Assembly: GCF_028641065.1 (NCBI RefSeq) | Contig: NC_073392.1 | Location: forward strand, 10,912,001-10,976,000 | Reading direction: 5' to 3' | DNA length: 64,000 nt | DNA from: Leucoraja erinacea | Taxonomy: Eukaryota | Shown: positions 49,122 to 62,041 of the stretch, piece by piece | How the letters are laid out: each line of letters starts with the position of its first letter | How positions within the stretch are numbered: position 1 is the first letter of the stretch | Position numbers and translations under genes: made by a program | The notes under the pieces: generated by a model | Told to the model about the DNA's origin: nothing | Database searches by the model: none | The model's input: the letters and a program-made list of their open reading frames with translations, nothing else

Positions 49122-52100
49122 TGATATTAGGTATTGATTGCTGAAATTCATAAGTAACAGTGACATATTTGGTTATTAACTAAAATTAATTTTTGAAGTA
49201 CCAGATTATCAAATGTGCCATCTATATAAATGCAGCATTTCTATTAATTTTTTTTTTTCAGGTATCATACAAATATGAGTTAATAATATACTGGATCTGA
49301 TGTATTGCATTTATTATATAAATGTATTATTCTTTTCTCATCAGTCTATGAAGGTTTTCCTCCAATTTTGTAATTGCTCATTGCACCTTTACTTCAAAGG
49401 TGAAAAGTGAAGCTTATATTAGGTACTACTTCTTGTAAGCTAGACACAAAAAGCTGGAGTGACTCAGTGGGTCAGGCAGCATCTCTGGAGAAAAGGAATA
49501 GGTGACATTTTGGAGTCTAGACAACCAGCGTCAGCAGTTCCTTCCTACACTCCTTGTAAACTACTTTGGATTTTATATAGCCTAATCCCGGTTCTGAAGA
49601 TGAAAATCATATTACTGGCACTGTTGCGCTGCCGTAAGTGAAAGCAAATTTGTACTTTGAAAATTTTAAAGTAATTCCTGCATCCTGTAAACAAATGTAA
49701 GAATTTTAAGAAAGTTAACTATTTTTATATAATTGTCCGTTAGGTAGCTGGCAAATAATTGTCACATTTGAAGAAGGTTTCCAATCTAAAACGTCACCTA
49801 ACCATGTCATCCAGAGATGCTGCCTGACTCGCTGAATTAGTCAAGCACTTTGTATTGTACTCAAGAATCCAGCATTTGCAGTTCCTTGTGACTCTAAATG
49901 ACACATTTAATATTTCCCTTTTTGCTTTGGTTGCACATAGTTCCAGATCAGGTAAGGTGCAAATAGGTAAACAAGCATTAATTGCTGAGCCACATCTTCT
50001 GCACTTTATATTGGAACAACCTTGCTGAAGTGATAAGTGTTAATCCTGTGGACCTGAATCTACTGGGAGTTGACTGAATTTGTCACAACACATTTATCTT
50101 GCATCTTGCCTTTGTTGATTTGTGACTATCATCTCCGAGCTTAAATTAGATCTTCTGAGATCCAATCTTGTCACATTCACTATCATTTATTGTAGGCAAC
50201 AAAAATAAATATCCAATATCCATTTTATTTAGGACATTCTTTTCCAAAAGAAGGTCATTTAAAATGCTCTTTATGTGTTGAACTTTGTGCAGTGAACTCG
50301 AGAGTCATATAGTCATTGAGGTTAGGATTTTTGTTTAAATCTAGTATTTTTAAACCTCGAATTATGAAATAATTAATATTTTTTTTAATGTCCTTTTTTA
50401 CCTCTGAAGTTTATGTATCACTTGCTCATTGAATTTTAGAATTATATTGTTCTATTGCCGCTCCAGATACACATTAACTATCTCCAGCATAGGCATCTGA
50501 ACCTAGTAATCTCCTTCCTGATATCTCCTGGTCTGAAGGGAAACATTACCTTGGAACTGAACAACTGATGAAAGATGAAAACCCAAGAAAAGATGGAGGT
50601 GAAATGCACTTGCTATATTCACCATTGAGCCCAAGGGCCAACCACTCATGCCGAAGGGAGCGTCAAAATACACCACAGTTTTGGCCCTCAGCTTTACACA
50701 ATGGAAGACTGCGAACAGCAACCCCATTCATGTAAATGGTGTCCTCAACCCTCTGCAAAAATACGTTCTTGACTCACTATATTTTAACTACTTGTTAATA
50801 TGATGTAAAAAATATATATTTTCAAATTTTCAAATTTTTAACTTTTTAAATATTTGAACAGTCTGTTGAAAAAATATATTTTATTGTCAGCGAGCTGTCA
50901 GGGCATTCTAGAGTCAGAGCCTTAAGAATCGCCACCTGAGGTCTTTAAGTGTTCAGAGCATGCAGTTCCTCATCAGACGCTGTCAAGAGCCGTGGTCAGC
51001 TTATTTGCTACTCACATCATGAGTGCCCGTGAATGGGAAGAGCAGTGTAGTAGCCAGCTTCAGGATTAATGCACCCATCATAGCGGTATGATTAACTTGT
51101 CGTCCAGTGATCTAACAATGTGCTGACACTTTTTGCTCCCATTACAGCATGATTCACAATCTACAGGAAAGGATGGAAAACTAGAAGAGAAAAAAAAAGA
51201 AACAGGCAATAATGGCTTTGACATATTCTGAAAGTTACTGCTACAGTGGTCAAATTACACAACGTTTTGGTGCTTCATTGCAGAATCACGCATGTACAAG
51301 GCAAATCATTTCCTTTCTTTAAACCTTTTGCTCAAGAAAGGTTAGCATATTGGGAAAGTCCGCCTTTGAAAACCCTACTGGGTGATTGGGCAGACTGGTA
51401 GCAAGACTTGTAGCAAACGCTGTACATTTTCAATCTAATTTTTCAATTTGCAATCCATGTAAATGTGTTTATTTGGGTGAGGTCCTATCAAGAGAAAAGG
51501 CCAGTGGTGGGGAACTAATACATTTCTCACTTAACACTTTCTCATTTAGTGCAATCTTATATCAGATATTGAACACATTTAAAGCATAGTTCTGTTCACG
51601 CTGCCTCATCAATACAGTGTAATCCATTTTAATATTTCCTACAGTAATCTGATAATGAGAAAATAAATACAAACTTTCATTTATGCAGTAACCTTTATGA
51701 TCTCAGGATATCTCAAAGTGACTTGCAGCCAAAGAAAATCTTTTGAAATGTATTCATTGATGTGATGAAAAATAAGGGAATTCATCAAGGTCCCATAAGC
51801 TGAGGGACCATGATAGGTAGTCATGCTTCATGATCATCACCAGATAATCTGTTTGTTCCCGATTGAGGAATAATTATTGGCAAGACATCAAGGAGAACTC
51901 CCTACTGTGCTTAGTGCAAATTAATTCCGTAGGAGTGAGGTATTGATTGATACTTTATTATCACATGGGACATGTCACAATGAAATTCTTTGTTTTGCAA
52001 ACCTTACACAAAATATACAAAGAGTCAGCACGTATAGGAAGTAGACAAAATTACAGTGTTCAACGTAGTCCCAATGGTCCCTCTTCATTCTCGGCAGCCA

Positions 52101-52451
52101 CCCCCACACTGGGTCTCTCTTTGATCTCTTGGTGTCTCCCCCATGCTGGGTCTCTCTTTGTAGAATGATCCTGTACTGGCCCACTACATCACATACCTCC
52201 ATTACAGTTACAGTAAGTTATTAATTACTGGATGATATCCAGTGAATGTTATATCACTGATGGCCCCTCCTTTATATCCAATACTTTATTGCCTTCCCTC
52301 GCAGTGGGAAACATTGATTTGTTGTGTGGAGATGTTCATGTTAAATTCTATCATGTGTTGTGTTCTTTTTATTCGTATGGCTGTATGGTAACACATATTT
52401 CACTGTGCCAATTGCTGCTTGAACTTGAACTTGAACTTGCCAACATAGTTT

Positions 52452-52583
52452 GCGTAGGAAGGAACTGCAGATGCTGGTTTAAACTGAAGATAGACACAAA
52501 ATGCTGGAGTTACTCAGCAGGGCAAGCATTATCTCTGGAGAGAAGGAATGGGTGACGTTTCGGGTCGAGACGCTTCTTCAGAC
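52452..52583 (-). mobile_element. Penelope-derived short element with hammerhead-like core
   Basis: Minus strand CTGAAGA-A-GCGTC TC GACCC-GAAAC-GTC (52554-52581). Confidence 0.65.
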
Positions 52584-52852
52584 ATAGTTCAGACATAACA
52601 TAGTTTCTTTCTAGTACTTTTCTCACCATTTTACCTGTCACTTCATACGGTGGCAAATTTGCTCATTTTTGATCAGTAGCATTAGTTGTACGTATCGTCA
52701 AATTATTCTGTCCCAGGGAAGTTTGTGAAAATCAGCAGGCTTTTCACTCTCTAGTGAAATTAGAAGACACCCACCTTAATGGGCACAATTTCAGCAGGAT
52801 TAGGAAGCAGGATTGTGAACCAGGTTAACTAATTTAAACAAAAAATATATAT

Positions 52853-53510
52853 ATAGGAGGATCTTGGGGTCCAAGTCCATAACTCTCTGAAAGTCGCAAC
52901 ACAAGTAAGTAGAAAGGTAAAGAAGGTAAAGGTATGGTTGCTTTCAAAAGTCAGGGCATTGAGAAGAATAGTCAGGAAGTCATGATGCAGTTTTATAGGA
53001 ATTAATAGGCATTTGGAGTATTGTGGGTAGTTCTGGTCACTCAATTCTAGGAAGGGTGTAGGGGCTTTGGAAAGAGTGCAATAATGTCTGGATTCAGGGG
53101 TATTAGCTACAGGAAAAGGTTGGACAGTTTTTTTTTCTCTGGAACTCCGGAGGTTGTGCGGAGACCTGATAGAAATATATAAAATGATGAGAGGCATAGA
53201 TAGGGTAGACTGTCAGAGTGTTTTTCCCAGGATGGGAAAGTCAAATACGAGAGGGCAATACTTTAAGGTGAGAGGTGCAAAATTTAAAGGAGATGTTCAG
53301 GGCAATTATATTTTTACACAGAGGGTGGTGAGTGCCAGGAACATACTGCCAGGGGTAGTGGTTGAGGCAGATACAACATTGGCATTCAAGAGACTTTCGG
53401 AAAGGAACATGGATATGCAAAGAATGGAAGGATATGGATTATGTGCAGGCATCATGTCTGGCACAGGTATTGTGGGCCAAAGGGCCTGTTCTTGTGCAAT
53501 ACTATGTTCC
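52853..53510 (+). mobile_element. Older CR1 3' fragment
   Basis: GDLIEIYKMMRGIDRVD...NTRGQYFKVRG...FTQRVVSARNILP; many lesions. Confidence 0.85.
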
Positions 53511-55905
53511 TCTTCCTTATGAAAGGTCACCAAAGATTCTACCATGCTAGTAGCAGCATCTCTTATCTTCTCAGCACATACATTCTCCAACACTTTCAGC
53601 TTAATGCTCCTATTATTTTAATTCACCATCTCCCTCTTTCTCTGTCTCTGGCCTCCTGCAATGTTACAATAAAGATATTTGAGGTAACTTAAATATTTCA
53701 TTTCTCCTCTGGGCATGTTGTAGCCTGTGGGGGTCAATGTTGTTATCTCTACCTTCATATAACTTGCTCTTTCTTTCTGCTTGTTTCAGGCCATTTGTTC
53801 TTGCCATTCCTCTCCCCTTTTTTTCATTTTTATATTGTATATGTAGTTTCACTGTTGATTCAATGGCTGCACCATTTCATCCTATTAGAGTAATTCCCAA
53901 ATCTGATGAAGGGTCTTCAACTGGAAATGCAAATTGGTTTTTCTTTCCACGGATGTTGCTTGGCTGGCTGAGCTTTTATTCCAGAACCCAGCATTTTAGT
54001 TTGATTTGTTTTCCACCCTCCACTGCACTCCTGCTATTGTGAGTACAGCTTACCAGTGTCTTACTTACAGTCTGTGCATATGAACGAGTGTTTTGGAGAC
54101 CAGCAGGGTGAACATGCTGACTGCTGCAAGGCTACAGGCAAGTTGTGCCATGTGGGAACTTGGTCCATAGCCACAGTTTGACTTGTGAACAGTTTTGGGT
54201 ACCAACGGTTCATGGAATGGAATCCTACCATAGCCTGGAAAAGACCTTCAAATTGTTTCCTTGGGTGGGGATACCAGACCTCTGCCCTATATTCCCGATA
54301 CTGTCTCAGCAGAACTCTGTGCATTTGGTGCAAGACATCTTGTCGCTCAAACCCCTTTGAAATAAAGGACAACATATTGTATGCTTTCCTAATTGTTTGC
54401 TGAATCTACATGTCAATTTCAGTGATACATGAAGATGATTGTGTTTTGAACTACTAGAAAACTAGGACATTAATAAAATTAACAATAAACTTTACAATGC
54501 AAGTTCGATGTCCCATATTCACGGATGCTACTTCAGCTTGCTGTGGTGTTCAGACAAAGGTGATGTCTGGTGGTTCAACAATCAGGGTTGGTATCAGGTT
54601 AGAGAATACTAGAGTGGTGTCAATGGATTAAATTGGCCCCAGGGACCCTCAACGAAACATGATCAGGCCAGAGTTCACATGCCTGAGCTGTTTTTCCTGT
54701 GTGCTTGTGCAATGTGATGAGGAAGCTGTGTGCAGCTACACGGAGTGACGTTGGAAGACATGAGAGTCAGGTGATTTTGTGAAGGATAGTTTAAATGCGG
54801 AGGACAGCTAATACCCGGTAGCATCGAAAAGCACAGCGTAATGGCAGAATCTGGAATGGATGAGTAATAATTTGAAGGATGGGAAGAAGATATCTGCCAG
54901 CAGCAAAGGTTACCTGAGCTGGTGCTGGAAGCAACAGGGAAAGGTTATTGCAAGTCTTACAATCTGCCTAGTTTGGATTTACATTGAAATCTTTGCATTT
55001 TTGCAAATTCCCTTCTAGATGCCGTATTAAAAGAATTTATCGTCCCCATTATAAGTTCTATGTATTTTCATTTTCTTGGTTTTGCATTCTTTCCGGATTT
55101 TTTCAGATAAAGTATTTACAAACCACACGGATGTGTTACTTAGCATGAACTCAAAATGTGCCACGTTATGAAACTCTGAAAGCCACACATTAGATAATGT
55201 AACTATTCCACATTTTCTCACATTAACACACTGTAATGAGCAGAAACACTTTCAAACATACCGGGAGGGCAAAATGACTGCAATGCAAGTGCTAGACAAC
55301 AGCATAAACTGTTGTGTATGTGTGTGGGTGTCACTGGATTGAGGTACATTTTGGTAGCACTTACGTCTACAATTATATTTGTATCATACTTCTGTTGAAT
55401 CTGTACCTGTTTCTTGATATGATAACGGGAAAAAAATTACAACGTAAAAATAAACTGCGGATCACTTCAAATATAAGTAGAAATCCTTGAAACTATTAGG
55501 TGAAATGTTACACTTTTAAGTAGCACCGACACTTACTATTTATGCATCCTTTCTGTGTAAGTGTTAGTAAATATCTCAAAATGGTTCATAAAATGATTAC
55601 ATATGAATTAGGAGAAAATTAGTGGCGATGATTAACAAAAAGTGATACCCTAAGCCCCTTTGGATAGATAAAGCAGGCTAGATCTGGATAATAATTTAAA
55701 GGAGCAGAACTATAGGAGCCCTTTGGCCCATTGAGTCTACTTCACCATTCAATCATGACTGATCTACAGTATCTTACCCTCTCAACCCCATTCTCCTGCA
55801 TTTCTCCTCATAACCTTTGACGTACTACATTGACAATTTCCACTTTAAAAATATCCAATGACTTGGCGTCCACAGTCATCTGTGGCAATGAATTCCACAG
55901 ATTCA

Positions 55906-56430
55906 TAGAAACATAGCAATTAGGAGCAGGAGTAGAGGCCATTCGGTCCTTCGAGCCTGCACCGCCATTCAATATGATCATGGCTGATCATCCAACTCAG
56001 TATCCTGTACCTGCCTTCTCTCCATACCCCCTGATCCATTTAGCCAAAAGGGCCACATCTAACTCCCTCTTAAATATAGCCAATGAACTGGCCTCAACAA
56101 TCTTCTGTGGCAGATAGTTCCAGAGATACACCACTCTCTGTGTGAAAAATGTTTTTCTAAAGGATTTCCCCTTTATAATTAAACTGTGACCCCTTGTTTT
56201 GGACTTCCCCAACATCGGGAACAATCTTCCTGCATCTAGCCTGTCCAACCCCTTAAGAATTTTGTAGGTTTCTATAAGATCCCCCCCTCAATCTTCTAAA
56301 TTCTAGCGTGTACAAGCCGAGTCTATCCAGTCTTTCTTCATAAGTCTATCCAGTCTTTCTTCATAGTCTATCCAGTCTTTCTTCATAAGTCTATCCAGTC
56401 TTTCTTCATGTCTATCCAGTCTTTCTCCAT
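55906..56430 (-). mobile_element. Young CR1 3' fragment with ATTCA TSD, nested in an older CR1 3' fragment (~55700-56500)
   Basis: Similar to 29986-30435; ATTCA at 55901-55905 and 56431-56435; the host reads ttccacag|attcaccacc when the insert is removed. Confidence 0.88.
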
Positions 56431-57099
56431 ATTCACCACCATCTGATGAAAGAAGGTCCTCCTCATCTATTTTCTAAAGGTATGTCCTTTTATTCTGATC
56501 ATGTTGATTCAAAATCTTCCTGGAGAACGGGAGAACAAAATAATTTATGAAGAATGAAAATAGGAATGCAAGTTTAGCTTTGTAGAGGAATTAATAGGAA
56601 AGGTGAGAGAGTTTGCATTCTGTTGAACAGTGATGATCTAGTGAATATGTTGTTATTTAAAGATAAGCAAAATGTTTTTAGAGTAGGGACAGAAATAGGC
56701 ACCTTTAAACAACTGAATGCGAGTTAAATGTTCTGCTTTAAGAAATCTAAATCTTGGGGACCATCAACGGTAGTATGAAAGCAAGGGAGAAGATGCCAGT
56801 GTTTGAAATATTTTAATGTTGGATACATTGGAACATATTTCAATGAAGTATACCCTGCAAAGTGTTACCTCCATGTAAGGAGCCATTAACCAGTGGTCAG
56901 ATGCAGGGTTTGGTCACCTAGCTGTGAATTTGTGCTTGTTTTATTGTTTCTCTGCACTTCAGATTGTGTAAACTGTACTTTTGTCTTCCTGTTCGGTATT
57001 GTTTGCGAAACTAAAGATTACATATTTTTGAAGCTTTTCAAATCTATAGATATTTTTGCATGTTTTCCTTTAATTGTCTGTACCCTATAGAATCATTGC

Positions 57100-57360
57100 A
57101 CAGGGCCAGCACAGTTGCTGCCTTACCGCGCCATTATGGCATTTGTACGTACTCCCTGTGACCTCGTGGGTTTTCTCTGGGTGCTCCAGTTTCCTCCAAC
57201 ATTCCAAAGGCGTATAGGTTTGTAGCTTAATTGGCTTCTGTAAATTGAAAATTGTCCCTATTGTGTAGGATAGTGCTAGTGTATGGGGTGATCAATAGTC
57301 GGCGTGGACTCGGTGGTCCAAAGAGCCTGTTTCAGTGCTGTATCTCAAATCTAAAGTAAA
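57100..57360 (+). mobile_element. V-SINE (HE1-like)
   Basis: tttgtacgtactccctgtgacctcgtgggttttctctgggtgctccagtttcctcc V-domain; tail cctgtttcagtgctgtatctc. Confidence 0.75.
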
Positions 57361-59902
57361 GAATCCCAAAATTATTATTAACAGACATGGCCCCACAGCT
57401 CATTGAGCCTTTGCCTGGCAATCCCTTTCAGTAATATCACATGTATTAAACTGCATTCTTTTAACAAATATTGGAAAAAATTAATTGTAATGCTGAGATT
57501 TGATTGTAATCCTCAATAAACATGCGCATTTAATTTCAACGATCCCAAACGGACAGATGCCAGCCAATCTACTATCGACCTGTCCTGATGGGAATTCTGT
57601 TGATAATTCTTTGTGGGGTAGTTCAGGAGATATTCATATCATATGAACATCTGCCCATTCCACATTTTCAGTCATAATCCTCCATTCATTCCCCACAGTG
57701 CTACAACTTATTTTCCCTTAGGGTTTATCTAATTCCCTTTGTATCTTTTGCGTAGTATTGTAATTCTGTGTCCTTGTCTTGAGCCATTTATTAATGGGGA
57801 ACAACTTTTCTCTACCTCCCTATCTAAACCAGTTAAAATCACGTTTCCACCTTAATTTCTCCAATGAAAATGAAGATAAATTTGCTTGTCTAACCTTGTT
57901 GCTAGTATCCTCATTAAATCTCATTAAATATCAGTAAGAATGTTCTGCCCACATCACTACGTGATACCCTGCATATACCCACAAATCTGATCTTTATAAT
58001 TATGGTAATAAACTCTCAATGAAGATTGAATACAGATGGCACATTATTTTGGGTTAGCGGTATTCTTATTAAATGGAACCATTTTGGTAAAATATTTCCA
58101 CAAATTGCATGTAATGCCGAGAGTTGATTATATCTTCAATAAATGTCAACATTTTGTCTCATTTATCCTAAACTGACAGGGTATCTGCCAATTTTCTGCC
58201 AACCAGTCCCGATGAGACTACTATTGATAATTCCCTATGGGATAGTTCAGATAATGTCTAATATCATATTAACACGTGCCCATTCTATCTTTTCTGCATG
58301 GGCCATCACTTTGGCATGACTTGACATTGGGTAATTATAAGATATTCACCTAAATGGTTGTTCACCAGAATTGGTGTTTGAGCAATCTAATGTGGAAAGT
58401 TGCTGCCATATTTGGCGAGAAAAATAATTCAACGGTAATCAGATTCAGGATGACATCTGGACGATTATAAATGCAACATTTTTTAGACATTCCCAAAATA
58501 GTAAACACCAGCAGCAATAAGAAGCAATAAAGCTGCATTCTTCAATTCCAGCTATTTTCTGGAGTGCTCATAGTCCTTGTAATTAATTGAGCTGGAAGCA
58601 TCTTTTCAACAGCCGTAATCAAGAAAACGAAAATGGAGAGAACATTGCAGGGATTAATATTAATTTGGAAACTTATTTCATCATGAACTTGCACAACAAA
58701 AGCTCGCACAGCAAAAACTAACCAAAACTGACATTTTTTTTGGTCTTTAGTGTTAGATTTTAAGCTAATTCTGCAAACGGTGAGTATAATTCAATTAGTG
58801 TTTGCGATTCCATCAAAAACGGGAAATAATATGAATTGATCTATTCCACACAATCAATAAACTAAAAAAAGAAACTCTAAGATTACATTCAAGAGTAATA
58901 ATGTAATGTGGAATTTTAACATTATGCTTGGAGATAAAGCTCAGAAGCATAAATAAAGATTCCATGTCTCTACTTTCAGTGGGGATGCCTGCAAAGCTGA
59001 AGTTATAACAACTGTGGCGAAGGTATGCCATTGACATAGAAGTGAAAGCAATTTGTTTTCTCCTATTTCAAGACATGGATGTCAATGATGAGTGATTAGT
59101 CCGATATTTATTATCCATCATTTATTACCCTTGAGAACTGGTAATGAACTGCCTTGTAGAGCTGATGAAGCTGTTCAGGTGAAAAAACATCAAATGCATT
59201 GTTGGGTGGTAAGTTACAAGATTTAGACAATGCAATCGATTCCATGTCAGCATGGCATGTGACTCAAAGAGGAATCTGCAGGTGGTGGTGTCTACCAAAT
59301 GGCCATGGCAAGTAATTACTATGCACTTTGCTATGGCACACATTGCAGGTGGTGCACCGATGGGGAAGGAATTTTAAGGTGGATTATGTGCAAATCAAAC
59401 AGGCATTTTTGTCCTGGACAATGTTAGGCTAACTGCGTTTTGTTGGAGTTAAATGCATCCAGGTAAATTAAGAATATTCCACCATACACTGGAATTGTGC
59501 TTTTTAAAAAAATATCAGGATGCAACTCACTCAAGTCAAGACAGCCAACTCTAACTACCGACAAACAACTTTTTTTTCCCTTTCTTCTCTGGGGCCCACC
59601 TATACATACCCATTGATCCCCATTCCTTCCTCTTGCTGCAGAATTTGCACCTATCCTTACATCACACCTTTTGTCTTTTCATCTGTGGCATTTGTCCACC
59701 CATCTGCCGATCAAATATCTGTATCTACCTATCACATGCCGGGAATTTTGTTGTGCCTTTCTGTCTTCTAGCTTTCTCCCCCCTTCCTCCAGCACATCAC
59801 CTATCCATGCTCTTCAAAGATGCTGCCTGTCCCACTGAGTTACTCCAGCACTTTGTGTCTTTTTTTAAACCATATTCTAGTTGCCAGAGCATTTGTGTGT
59901 TA

Positions 59903-60092
59903 AGACCATATGACATTGGAGCAGAATTAGGCCATTCAGCCCATTGACTATACTCTGCCATTCAATCATGGCTGATCTATTTTTCCCTCTCAACCCCATT
60001 CCCTATTCCCTATCCCCCATGACCTTAGATGCCCTCATAAGCAGAAAACTATCAACCTCTGCATTAAAAATATCCAAGGTCTTGGCCTTCAC
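59903..60092 (-). mobile_element. CR1 3'-end fragment
   Basis: ggagcagaattaggccattcagccc...ccattcaatcatggctgatc. Confidence 0.7.
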
Positions 60093-60882
60093 AATGACTG
60101 CTATCATTGTTGGTTTTATTAGGGATTGTGCCTCCTATGCTCCTATGTCCAAATACCACCTTGGTGTTAAAATAAAACAACTGCCCAGGCTTCTAGTTTT
60201 AGCTGTAATGAGGACCGAGGTTACATTATTTGCAAAATGAAAGGAATTTCCATTCCTCACTGAGTGGAAGATTATTGCTGAGCGAAAGATAATGATGATT
60301 TCCAGAAAACATTACAGCATGGGTGGCCCCTCCTTTATATACCCAAAAATGATAACATAGTTTCTTCCCAGTTAATTTCTCACCATTTCACCTCCCCAAC
60401 CACTTTGTTCTGTGATAAATTTGCTCTTTTTTAATTAGTTGCATTGGCTGTAGGCATCTTTGAAGGACTCTATCCAAGGGAAGTTTGCAAATACCAGCAT
60501 GCTTTTCACTCTCTAGTAAAAGTACAAGACACCCATGATCTATAGGTATAATTTCGGCATGATGGTGAACCAGGAATACTAATTTTCAAAAGAAACAGTT
60601 GCTCCTCTTCCTCCCCATGAAGGGCCACCAAAGGAAATTGTCGCACCCCTGTTCATCTGTTATTAGCTGAGCACATACGTTCTCCAACATTTCCAGGTAG
60701 AATGGCATAACACTTGCTATAGGTAATATGTTGCGCTCACTGTCATAGACACTTCCAACTGCAGCAGGTAAATGAGTGAGTTTGGGGGTCAAGATATTTA
60801 TACTTCACATTGCCTCACCCAGCACCTGCCACAGACCCAGTCTTGCAAATCGGTTGCCCAGCACTCATCAGCTTTATCACTG

Positions 60883-61075
60883 TAGGAAGGAACTGCAGGA
60901 GGAGACCTTCGTCAAAGTAGGCGTACCTTGAGGAGATGCATAACTCTCATCGGAGAGCTCCTCTCCCCTGACTCTCAGTCTGAAGATGGGTCTCGACCTG
61001 AAACGTCACCCATTCCTTCTCTCCAAAGATGCTGCCAGTCCTGCTGAGTTACTCCAGCATTTTTTGTCTGTCTTC
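60883..61075 (+). mobile_element. Penelope-derived short element with hammerhead-like core
   Basis: CTGAAGA-T-GGGTC TC GACCT-GAAAC-GTC at 60980-61007, followed by the family tail gatgctgcc...gctgagttactccagcattt. Confidence 0.65.
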
Positions 61076-61437
61076 AGCTTTGCCAGTGGTGGCCACAGTT
61101 GGTGACGGATTTTGACAGCTTGCAGGTGACTTTATTCCTTTCATGTTCTGTGTTCAGCATTGATTCACCAGCTGAAGGAACACTGCAGCTGGTAACCAGC
61201 ATGTGATTTCCAAGCCCAACTTTGATTTGATCCGAAGTTTACGTTCTGAAATCAACAATGAGAATTTCCTGGACCAATCTTTGCTGAACTGTAGACCACT
61301 GTTTCTGTTGCTCTATCTGGATTTTAAGCTTCCTGGAATTATATAGAGCAGTTTTGATACAACTGAATGGCTTCTTAGCATTTTCAAAGAGCAGTTACAA
61401 ATAAAGTATAAGGCACTGGGTCCAAAGTTGCAAATAA

Positions 61438-61585
61438 AGATTCTTGATTAGTACAGGTGTCAGAGGTTATGGGGAGAAGGCAGGAGAATGGGGCTAGGAG
61501 GGAGAGATATATCAGCCATGATTGAATGTTGGAGTTAACTTGATGGGCCAAATGGCCTTATTCTACTCCTATCACTTATGACCTT
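61438..61585 (+). mobile_element. CR1 3'-end fragment
   Basis: ggttatggggagaaggcaggagaatgggg...cagccatgattgaatg...gggccaaatggcc. Confidence 0.7.
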
Positions 61586-61869
61586 ATGGCTTATAAACCA
61601 GGTCTTTAGCCCCTGAAGGACCATGTGTTTTTTCTTAGCAATTTCATGATCATCATGGTCCAAATTACTAAATGAGCTGAATTTAAATTTTACAGTTAAT
61701 TTGTGAAATCTCAACTCCAGACTTCTGCCTGACATTGAATGATGATACCACCACATCATTGATGTTATGATGGAATAACATTGGGCATCACAAAGGGAAT
61801 TGCTTAAAGTTAGAGCGCATTTTCTGAAGTACAATCACTCCTTTAATGTATTGGACAACATTGAACAAG

Positions 61870-62041
61870 TGCAATTTGCATACTTTGGATTGTGTGAGCA
61901 AACCTGAGAGCACCCGGAGAAAACCCACAAGGTCATTGAGAACGTACAAACTCCGTACAGACAGCACCCGAGGTCAGGATCAAACCCAGGTCTCTGGCGC
62001 TGTAAGGCAGCAACTCTACTGCTGCGCCACTGTGCCACCCT
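61870..62041 (-). mobile_element. V-SINE (HE1-like), tRNA head and V-domain
   Basis: Minus strand gtggcacagtggcgcagcagtagagttgctgccttacagcgccagagacctgggtttgatcc (A and B boxes), then gagtttgtacgttctc. Confidence 0.82.

Noticed and set aside
56321-56430. CRISPR-like direct repeats
   Set aside because: No spacers; the unit is CR1 sequence in a eukaryotic context.
61960-62041. tRNA gene
   Set aside because: A/B boxes belong to a SINE head continuing into the V-domain; same for 63310-63365.
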